Source: Octopus vulgaris
Taxonomy: Eukaryota
Assembly: GCA_951406725.2 (NCBI GenBank)
Contig: OX597817.1
Coordinates: 167,152,001 to 167,216,000, forward strand
DNA: 64,000 bases
Direction of reading: 5' to 3'
This document shows, piece by piece, positions 53,462-64,000 of the stretch. How positions within the stretch are numbered: position 1 is the first letter of the stretch; each line of letters begins with the position of its first letter. The position numbers and the translations under genes were made by a program. A model generated the notes under the pieces. The model did not search any database. It saw only the letters and a list, made by a program, of their open reading frames with translations, and was not told the origin of the DNA.

Positions 53462-54416
53462 TTTATATTTATATATTACTAAATTTTTAAATTTTTAATG
53501 TCGGGCTTTATAGATATAAATGAGTATATGAAGATTTGTATGTGTTTGGTCATTCTGTGGATTTTCTGATGTTCCTGTGGTTGTTACTCGCATTGCCTCA
53601 CCTCCGTTTAAATATACTTTGTGTTTTATCCAACAGGTTTTTTAACCCAGTGTTTGAATGCTCTTATATATAGCTTCTATGTGCTTCTACTTTCAATGTC
53701 GCAAGAATTTTTTCCTTTTTCTGTTGTGGCTGATTGTATAGTTCTTTATCTGTGGTGAAAACTGCAACAATTTGTTCTGATAAAAATTCCTGATGAAAAA
53801 ATACAAATTGAACAAAAAAAAAAGAAGCTTTAAAAATATTGTATCGCCTCGAGCACTTTAATAAACATTGCAAAAATTTGCAGATTAAAAAAATTAATAC
53901 ATTAGAAACAATATTTTTAAAAATCAATACAGTGGTTCAGAAACAAGGAAGCAAAATATGAAATATGTGCTTTAAATTTCATTTTAGGTTTTTGAATTCC
54001 TTTGTTTGTGTATATATATATTTTTTTATAAAACTCAACAAGAACTATATTCTTAATTGCATGGATGGAAAAATTTCGAGCGAATCAACATTACTGGAAA
54101 AAATCAAGATTGTCAGTAGAGAGGAAATAAAGACCGATATTGAAGTGGTAAGAAGAGGCGTGTGGCTTAGTGGTAAGGGTGTCAGCATCATAATCATAAG
54201 ATTGTGGTTTCGATTCCTGGACTGGGCGACGCGTTGTGTTCTTGGGCAAAACACTTCATTTCACGTTGCTCCAGTCCGCTCAGCTGGCAAAAATGAGTAA
54301 CGCTGCGATGGACTGGCGTTCTGTCCAGCTGGGGAACACATACGCCATAGAAACCGGGCCCATGAGCCTGGATAGGTTTTAAAAGGACGCATTTATCTTT
54401 ATTTTAAGAAGAGGAT

Positions 54417-54682
54417 TGGAACGAGGAGGAAATCTGTTCAACGAAAAAAAGGAAAGCTGGCGACACTGAGGGGCATCCCACGAGAGCTGGGATGCGGGAG
54501 GAGCGTGTCTGCATACGCGGATGACGTCACCGTCATAGTGTCGAGCTACCAACACATCGAGCTGGTCGGCGAGACACTAAAAGAATACGAAGCGGTAACG
54601 GGAGCAAAAATTAACCGGGAAAAGTCAGTGGGCTTGCGGCTCGGCACCTGGAGAAGCAGCCCCATGCCGTCCAACAGCGTCT
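54417..54682 (+). mobile_element. Inverted reverse-transcriptase fragment of the Tx1/L1 element
   Basis: SAYADDVTVIV...YEAVTGAKINREKS. Confidence 0.88.
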
Positions 54683-56026
54683 CGCATCTTGTACGTCCGC
54701 AGCTGTGATAGGCCTTTCACAAGACTCCACCTCTCTTGCTGAGAGTCGTGGCAAGGCATGCAGGTAGGCACTAAAGTCCACTCTGCATTCTGACCCACCA
54801 CTTGTCCCAAACAGTTGGGTGAAGTGTTGTTGAAAAGCCTCACACATCCTTTTAGGCTCGAGCAATTCGCGCCCCTGTTCATCTATAAGAGACTTGATGG
54901 TGGCTCTGTTGCCTCGTTGCGTCTCCACCACTCGGGCCTCTTGGGCGGCTCCAACTCCTTCGTTCCTCAGAGCACGCATCCTAGCTCTGACAACGCATCC
55001 CTCGTGTTTGGCGTTGAAGTGTTGGTCGAGGGTCAATCTCGCCGCCAGCACGTTGGACGCGATGCCAGTTCTAAGCGCCTCTTCTAAAACCTTAACTAAT
55101 TCTCCCTCTATTCTATTTCGGTCTAATGCTAGGGCTTTACTGTATCTGACTGATTCTGCTTTAATTGCCTTTTTTAGGGCATACCACCATCTGTTGTTGA
55201 TGATGGTACCCGTCAAAGCTCTCTTAACTAATGTGCTGATCCGGTCCCTGTAAACCTGTCGTGCTGTAAAAGACGCGTTCAGTTTCCAGTAACCAGGACC
55301 TTGCCTATGTGTCTTATCTAAGTCAAGTGTACAAGTCACAAACTTGTGATCTGTGTAACTGACTATATGAAATTGTGGACAACCTACACTATTTTTATCT
55401 ATTGTCCTACAGAATATTCTATCTAAGTATGATCTGAACGACCCGATGCGGTTACTCCATGTCCACATTGGCACATTCGGGTGGTCCAGTCGGTACCTGT
55501 CAGACAGTTGGAAACGTCTGAGCAGGTCTTTGAGGCATTTGCATCCCCTTCTATTGCTATCTCTGCCCACGTAGTCTAGATGCGTGTCCAGGGTGGCATT
55601 CCAATCCCCCACTAAAAGTAAAGGACGAGACGTTCCCATGAAAGACTCTAGACGTCGAAAGAAATCTGGTCGGCCTGTTAAGGACGGAGCATAAACTGTT
55701 ATCAGTCGAAAAGCACACTCATTGCTGCCATCGACATCCAAAACGACCAGCCTACCCTCCGGGTCTAGGAAAATTGCTCTTACTTTGAGATCCAGACTCT
55801 TCCGGAGAAGCACCGCAGTGCCACCTCCGCCCATTCTCGGTAGACACGGAGAAAAATAAATGTTGAAATGTGTACCGAACATGTGCTGGAGTGCCCGCAA
55901 GCTGTGGAGTTTGGTCTCACTGATGGCTATGATATGCAGATTTAGTGACTTGATATCATTTAACAGGTAGCCTTGTTTCTAAGGCGACCCCAAGCCACGT
56001 ACATTTATACCTCCTATTCTGAGCAT
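54683..56026 (-). mobile_element. Tx1/L1-clade ORF2 N-terminal part (APE endonuclease), one premature stop
   Basis: MLRIGGINVRGL, ISETK, VYAP, LVGDWN, SYLDRI, TDHKFV, GPGYWKLN; TAG at 55981-55979. Confidence 0.92.
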
Positions 56027-56094
56027 GTTCCGATAAAAAATTGTGTTTTACACACGAAAAGAAAGTGCAAAAAAGGAAAGAGAGAGAGAAAAGG

Positions 56095-58330
56095 TTACTT
56101 GTTGTCCGAAAGTCCTTTGTTTTTCACCTCACAGTCTTCTTCCATGAGGTTTTTATATAGTTTCTTTGATGAATATTTTTGAAATCTCCCTACTGCATCA
56201 GGGTAAAGAGATTTCAGGGTGCTGTATGTGTTCTGTGTTACGTGTATTATTTTAATGTGTTGTGGTGGTGTTGTGCGTGGGTGGTTATTTGTTTTTATGT
56301 CGTTTTCAGTTATGTTGGTGTTTGACCTAATGTGTTCCATTAGGTCGTGATTGTTTGTGTTTATGGCTGTCAACATTGTTGGGGGGTTTGATGATGGTGT
56401 GTTTGTGTTGATGTGTTCGTTTTCTGTGGATGTTTTTGTTTCGGGAGTGGTGAATCTTCTTGCTTTGTTTGTTATATTTTCTTTTCTTTTTTTCCCTTTT
56501 TTCTTTTCCCCCCTGTGGCTATTTACCAATCTTCTGTGTCTTCTTCGTCTAATGACAAATCAGAGGAATCAGAGATTGGGAGGAGGAAAATATTGGGGTC
56601 TATTGTAGACTGTGTTGATTTTGTTGTTGGTGTTGGTTGGTGAGCGTTTGGTTGTGGTGTATGCGGTTTTGGAGGTGGGGTGTGGGTATTTTGTGTTTGA
56701 GTGATTGTAGGTATTGTTGTGTTGTTTGGGGTCTCAATTTTGTGGGGATTTGGAGTAGTAATTGTTTCTTCATTTTCGATGAGTGTCTTTTTGGCAGATG
56801 TCCTTGGTTTGGGAGTTGGTTTATTCTTGGTTGTTGTTGTTGGTGTTGTTTCTGTTCTTGGTGCAGTTGGTGGTGTTGTTTGGTTGGGTAGGTTTGTTTT
56901 TTGTTGATTTTCTGTGATTAGTCCTTTTTGTACAAATTGTGGTGTGGGTAGTAACGCTGGCTTTTTTGTTTTTTTCCGGCTGCTGTTGTTGTTGCTTTTG
57001 TTTTCTTGCGGCAGATTTGCAATCTTTTTTTAGATGTTGCTCACTGCCGCATATGTAGCAACGTGGTCTTCTGCCATCGACGACCACATACAACTTGTGG
57101 TCTTCTGATACACATATCTGGGTGGGTATTTTCTTTATATCATCTTGGTTTATGTGTAGTAGAAATTCTACTATTTTTCCCACCCAGTTTTTGTGTTCCG
57201 TGACCGTAGTTTCTAAAATTGTGAAATCTTCCATTTTCACACATAAGGCCTTTGCTAGCCATAGATTGTTCGCTATTTTGGGGACATTGTTTAAAGTGAT
57301 CTTAGTCACTTTCTGTCCACGATAGCTTGGTATTAATGTGAGTTCATCTGAATGAAGAGTTAGCGTTGAGAAACGTTTTGCTAACTCTTCAGTGTGGAAG
57401 ACCACTTGTACGTGCGCGAACTTGTTCCACCAGGTCACATACTCTTTGAAGTTCCAGATGGGTTTCAAGCATTTTTCGATTTTGCTTGTGTTAGCCTTCT
57501 CTGGACTTTTTGTTTTCTTATTAATTATTTTATATATAATAGTTTGTTTTTTTTCATTTTCCAATATTTCTTGTGGTATGTTTATTTTTACTATACCATC
57601 TACTTCCGTTATTAAAACTTTCGTATCTTTTATCTGCTGTGCAGTAAAATATACTGTTGTCTTTTTTTCTTTTATCGCCTCAGCGAAATTTGTTGTTGTT
57701 TTGTTATTGATGTTGCTGGTAGTGATGTTGTTGTTGGCTGCAGTTGGTAAAATCGGTGTATTTGGTTTGATTGTGCAAGTAGGAAGGGGTGGAAAATTAC
57801 TTGCATAGTTTGTCCCTGCGTTCGAGCAGCTTTTGTCAATTTGTTTGGTGGTCACAGTCTTTTGTCTATTTCCTTCAGTTCTTGGTGTTGGAGGAAACAA
57901 GGTCTGAACGGAATTGTTGTTGTTGTTATTGTTGTTTTTGTTGTTGGTGTTGGCGGTGGTGTCAGTGGCAGAAGAGACAGCCGTGGCAGCAGATGTCGGA
58001 ATGGTGGCGCAATTGTTGTTATTCTTGTTGTCATTGTTATTGTTGTTGTTGTTGGTAGTTGAGGTAGTGGATGAGGTGGCGGTGGTGGTGGTGGTGGAGG
58101 CGGTGATGGTAGCAGTAGTAGTCTCGTTGTTGTTGTTGTTAGTGGTGGTGGTGGTGGTGACAGGGCTGTTACTGCAAGTGGTTGCAGCGTTCACTGCCAC
58201 GTCATTTAGGTTTGCACTTTGCGTGCATAAGTTCTTTTTTCTTCTCCTAGCGTTTCCAGACTAGGAAAATGTTGGTCGATAAAGGAACGCGACCAGCGTT
58301 CTACAATACAATTTCTCGACATTTTGAAAA
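56095..58330 (-). mobile_element. Tx1/L1-clade ORF1 (gag-like, zinc knuckle), disrupted
   Basis: CYICGSEQHLKKDC CCHC knuckle; N/T-rich low-complexity ends; upstream of ORF2 on the same strand. Confidence 0.8.
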
Positions 58331-58519
58331 TGTCGAGAAGAAAATTATACAAATTAAATAGGGTTGAAACTGCCCCTAGGGGCGAATTCCTCCCTTGGAA
58401 AAGCACTCAAACGAAAGTTGGGTGCCTTACACACCTTATTTACAAAAATGTACACAAGATATGGGCTATAAATAGTCAAAATAAACGATTATCTTCGGAG
58501 CCGAAGTGACAGCACGTCC

Positions 58520-58530
58520 GTAGATGGATG

Positions 58531-58622
<92 letters not shown>
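58520..58622. repeat. (GATA)n microsatellite
   Basis: Direct sequence. Confidence 0.97.
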
Positions 58623-61539
58623 CTTTGCTCGATGCAATCAATCAATAAGTCAAGCTTAGTGAAGCTCAGTCAAGCTTAGTCAAGCTCAGTCAAGCTCAGT
58701 CAAACTAGTCCTCTACACTTATATCCACCTGTGTGAACGTACGATATCAGGGTTCTTCCTAGCGAAGGTTTTCCGTCTTCTTAATATCATTGCAACTAAG
58801 CGGCGATATCTAAGAACTTCATATTGCCCTCCTAAATATTCCGCATACACAAAGACAAAGACTCTCTCTACACCTCATCCACATTCAGCCAAACTCATAT
58901 ACACAAAGTTACAATAAAAATAAATACTCTACACATGGCGCAGGAGTGGCTGTGTGGTAAGTAGCTTGCTAACCAACCACATGGTTCCGGGTTCAGTCCC
59001 ACTGCGTGGCATCTTGGGCAAGTGTCTTCAACTATAGCCCCGGGCCGACCAATGCCTTGTGAGTGGATTTGGTAGACGGAAACTGAAAGAAGCCTGTCGT
59101 ATATATGTATATATATGTATATGTATGTATATGTATGTGTTTGTGTATCTGTGTTTGTACCCCTAGCCTTGCTTGACAACCGATGCTGGTGTGTTTACAT
59201 CCCCGTCACTTAGCGGTTCGGCAAAAGAGACCGATAGAATAAGTACTGGGCTTACAAAGAATAAGTCCCGGGGTCGATTTTCTCGACTAAAGGCGGTGCT
59301 CCAGCATGGCCGCAGTCAAATGACTGAAACATGTAAAAGAGTAAAGAGTAAAGAGTAAAGAGTACATCCGCACATATTTTCGACTGCAATCACACTCACT
59401 CACTGAACCTCAAGCACACATGCGCATACGCACACGTACATACGCATACACGCACCAACAAACCGACGCATGCCCAAGTGACACACATCTATAAACCTAA
59501 AGTGTTTATATATAAACTCTTCTAGTGTTCCTGGACTTAAGCAAGCTTTCGTGACCTTAATGTGTTAGTTTGGGATAAACAGTGATGTAGAAGTATTCTC
59601 TCTGTTGCCGTGTTTATCTGCTATGGAAACACACATTGTGACCTTTGCAAATACGTTTGCCAATAAACTGTTGTTTGTTAAAATGAAGAAATGTAAATTC
59701 TGCCGTTTGAATTTAGAAATTTCAAACAAATTAAAAGCTTTAACCTCAAATTAACAATAAATTAACAACAAAACAATTCTAAAATTACAATAACAATACA
59801 ACGAACACAGCAACAACTCTGTCATGGCAGCTGTAACCACAACTGCGACAGCTATGTTTTTTCCCCACTTTGAAGATGGTATATTGGCGGTTTGGAGGAT
59901 ATAAAAGCATGCGAAACAAGTAAAAGGCTGGCATGCGAGTCATCTCGCTGGACGCCAGGCCTATATAGGGTAAAATAACAATACAGAATGTAGATAGAAT
60001 TTGTAATTTTGTGCACGGAATTCCGAAAGGATCTGACCTTTCTTTCATTCTATTTAATCTATATCTGGAATGGAAGCACTCCGTCGGTTACGACGACGAG
60101 GGTTCCGGTTGATCCGAATCAACGGAACAGCCTGCTCGTGAAATTAACGTGTAAGTGGCTGAGCACTCCAATTAACGTGTAAGTGGCTGAGCACTCCACA
60201 GACACGTGTACCCTTAACGTAGTTCTCGAGGAGATTCAGCGTGACTCAGAGTGTGACAAGGCCGGCCCCTTTGAAATACAGGTACAACGGAAACAGGAAG
60301 AAAGAGTGAGAGGAAGTTGTGGTGAAAGAGTACAGCAGGGTTCACCCCCCCCCCCCTGCAGGAGCCTTGTGAAGCTTTAGGTGTTTTCGCTCAATAAACA
60401 CTCACAAAGCCCGGTCTGGGAATCGAAACCGCGATCCTACGACCGCGAGTCCGCTGCCCTAACCACTGGGCCATTGCGCCTCCACTTAACGAAATACATA
60501 AAGTAGCCAACGAGACTCCGATAAATCACACAGTATCATCCATAAGAAAAAGTGGGAAAGGACCCATTGGATGATGTAGTAAGACACTTCTAAAAAGGCG
60601 GGTTGGTCACGGATGAAATCCCTTTTTATCATATATCTGCTCTATTATTACTCTTTTACTCTTTTACGTGTTTCAGTCATTTGACTGTGGCCAAGCTGGA
60701 GTACCGCCTTTAGTCGAGCAAATCGACCCCAGGACTTATTCTTTGTAAGCCTAGTACTTATTCTATCGGTCTCTTTTGCCGAACCGCTAAGTTACGGGGA
60801 CGTAAACACACCACTATCGGTTGTCAAGCGATGTTGGGGAGAGAAACACAGATACACAAACGCACACACACATATACTCGTACATATATATACATATATA
60901 CGACGGGCTTCTTTTAGTTTCCGCCAGTTCCTCGGCCCGAGGCTATAGTAGAAGACACTTGCCCACGGTGTCAGGCAGTTGGACTGAACCCGGAGCCATG
61001 TGATTGGTAAGCAAGCTACTTACCACACACCCATTCCTGCGCCTATTATTGTTGCTCTTTGGCTAAACACGTCAACATACTAACATGTATGCTACAAAGA
61101 AGCAAATTGATATAATAAATAACATTATTCCTCATCCCTAAAGCGGCAAGCTTGCGGGATCGTAACACGACGAGCAAAATGCTTAGCGGCACTGGGGTTG
61201 TTGTAATCGGTTTACTTCTCTACCCCCGAAACTCTTGGCCTTTCACCAAAACAAAAAAAAATAAAAAATAACAATAAAAAACACAAAAGCTAAGTTCGTC
61301 CACGACGCTACAGACGTTGTTTCTCAGCGAATCCTAAACCACCCACCGCCTAAAATAGTGGAGGTGCGTGACAGAGTGGTTAAGGTGTTGGACTCGTGAA
61401 TATAAGATTATGCTTTCGATTCTTGGACCGGGCGATGCGTTGTGTTCTTGAGCAAAACACTTCATTTCACATTGCTCCAGTTCACTCAGCTGGCAAAAAT
61501 GAGTAATTCTGCGACGGATCTGCCGAACTCATTATCATG

Positions 61540-62420
61540 ATGGTATCTTTCCTTGAAGGAAAGGCGGTGAGCTGGCAGAAACGTTAGCACGCCAGGCGAA
61601 ATGCCTAGCCGCATTCCGTCTGCCGTTACGTTCTGCGTTCAAATTCCGCCGAGGTCGACTTTGCCTTTCATCCTTTCGGGGTCGATTAAATAAGTACCAG
61701 TTACGCACTGGGGTCGATATAATCGACTTAATCCGTTTGTCTGTCCTTCTTTGTCCCCTCTGTGTTTAGCCCCTTGTGGGTAGTAAAGAAATAGGTATCT
61801 TTCCTTGAAGCGAAATTCACATACTTTTCTGTACACATTTTGAGATAGATGATAAAGACAACATGAGATGGAAGCATTAGGAAACACAGATAAAATGCTA
61901 TTAATGTGAGCTTTTTCAAAAGCCAGGGCTCAGTCCTTGACATAATTCATTTAGCTCATTAAAAAGGCGGGTGTAAGTTTCTTGATTTTTGTTTGGAAGC
62001 AATGCAAACAATTTTGGAACACTGAATGAATCCACTTGAATATGAAGCATGTACAACTGATAAAATACATTTGGTGGGGGGCACCTAAAAGTTCCATCAC
62101 CTGCCCAGTGATTTACATTCACTAAATCATCAAACCCTTTATCAGTTGTGAACACAAGTAATCTGTCTACATCAGTTTCACCACTATCAAATTGCAAGAA
62201 AAGTTTGCCACTATCAGGAACTTGTATTCACCAGGTATCTCATAACCAAATCGACTCTTAGGGATTGGAGGGGCACTTACTTTTGCTTAACGCCAGTTCC
62301 TTATATTGCAACTTACACACGAAGAGGAGGGCAGGTGAGCCATTTCATTTTCATCAAGCTTTTCACAATCAGTCGCAATTAATGAAGGAGAAGATTCCCG
62401 AGACATCCTTGTAAGTTGGA
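61540..62420 (-). mobile_element. MULE transposase remnant interrupted by SINE A (61561-61793)
   Basis: WAGDGTFRCPP..FYQLY..FALLPNKNQETY, CLYHLSQNVYRK; 17-bp TSD GGTATCTTTCCTTGAAG. Confidence 0.85.
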
Positions 62421-62763
62421 TAAATAATTTAACGAAGTACTTACACGAACACACGAGGCTTACTGTTACACGAGGTTAAATGGCTCAGTGAATTGCTTAC
62501 CGACAGTTATTAGCTATTAAAGTTTTAAAATTTGGGGTAATTTTAGCCAAACGTAAGCCACAGACACATTCATGCCATAGTAACCAGTCAAACATGAGAA
62601 TTCTTGTCTGCGAGAAAGTACGTGTTGGCTAATATGTTCCAATCATTGAGATGGTAGTCATATTTGGTAAAAAATAATAGCCTAATAGACCTTAAATCAC
62701 GCACCAGAGGGGGATGCAGTTTCGTACCCAAAAAGAAAATTATGCAAAACGAAAAAGCATTTT

Positions 62764-63024
62764 ATGAGTACAAGAAAACGTAGTGAGAATATGTATTGGC
62801 GAGGCACGCGACAAGGATGCATGGGGTCTGTGTCAGTGAGGAGAGACACAAAGTTTGAAGGTGGCACTCTTCCTCTTTTGACTGTTGTGCTTTTCCTTTT
62901 CTCATGGCCTAAGGAATTGACTTCAGTCCGGTTTTGTGTTGAAGAACTAGGGATGAGCCATTGCTCAGCTGTTGATTATAACAGCTATGTTAGGGATGTG
63001 CGGAGGGCTTGCTCCGTTATCTAG
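62764..63024 (+). mobile_element. Merlin (ISXO2/IS1595-like) transposase N-terminal remnant
   Basis: YWR...C..SVSVRRDTKFEG..LPL....F.W....AVDYNSYVRDV pattern. Confidence 0.6.
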
Positions 63025-63865
63025 TTAAGGTTGTAGATGTTTGATTTTTATAAATATTTAATTTGTAATGTGCTATTTTGTTTTTTGATAAATCTTTTAA
63101 GTTTGTGTTTTAAGTTTCTTATTTTGAGAAATATTTAATCTGTAATGTGCATATTGAATGCTTAAAACTACAAAATACGTGTTGTTTACTCGTTTTTTTA
63201 ATCATTGGGTGGTTGTGAGGTGTGCTAGAAATAACAGCTGAATAGGCCTTAAATCACGCACCCTCACAATTTTTGAGGGAGTGCATAATTGTATGAAGTC
63301 TCGCATATATATGTTGTGAGTAAATCGTTTGTTTACGGTTTCATATAAAAACACAGGTGCTATTTTCAAGATGTTGACAAAATGTGTAGTCACACACATA
63401 ATGACAGCTTCTAAATCCTGCTTCCTGACTGGGTGAAAATGATAAAACTTTGAACCTCTATAACTGTTTTATTTTAGATATTTCTGTAAAATGCTAAATA
63501 TCTCCAGCAATTCAGCTTGGAAATCTACATTAATGTAGCAAATTTTTAAATTTTCAATAAACTTTGGTTTCTGAAATCTTGGCTGGCAAACAGAAAAGAC
63601 CCAAACGACCGAATAGGTGACTGAAATGATTCTTTCACTTAACTGAATTACTTTGTAAATCATTACTATCATCAACAACAACAAAAACAATAATAGAAAT
63701 AGCGAATGAGTGGCTGTGCGGTAAGTAGCTTGCTTATGAACCACATAGTTCCGGGTTCAGTCCCACTGCGTGGCACCTTGGGCAAGTGTCTTCAACTATA
63801 GCCTCGGGCCGACCAAAGCCTTGTGATTTGATTTGGTAGACGGAAATTGAAAGAAGCCTGTCGTA

Positions 63866-63930
<65 letters not shown>

Positions 63931-64000
63931 GTTTGTCTGTGTTTGTCCCCTCCCCAATATCGCTTGACAACCGATGCTGGTGTGTCTGTGTCTACATCCC

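Overview
Repeat-rich eukaryotic DNA; the SINE and microsatellite content is consistent with an octopus/coleoid cephalopod (inference). One host gene is present, and the ORF track does not reveal it. It is a secreted GH18 chitinase on the minus strand, reconstructed from 8 phase-consistent GT-AG coding exons (21794 down to 1386, 353 aa) that continue past the window start. It has an intact FDGFDMDWEFP catalytic motif and a MTYD->MTYN substitution. The rest is transposable elements and repeats: tRNA-derived SINEs (including head-to-tail multimers), non-autonomous Helitrons, mariner/hAT/piggyBac/MULE/Merlin remnants, R4/Dong, CR1-group, RTE and Tx1/L1 LINE fragments, a 159-bp satellite and many microsatellites. 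The most striking unannotated signal is a set of at least seven sequence-unrelated families of short non-coding elements that carry minimal type I hammerhead ribozyme folds with palindromic stem III. Most sit in or next to (TA)n tracts and many form long fold-back palindromes. They look like Penelope pseudo-LTR / retrozyme-like elements, and several lie in the chitinase introns in sense orientation.
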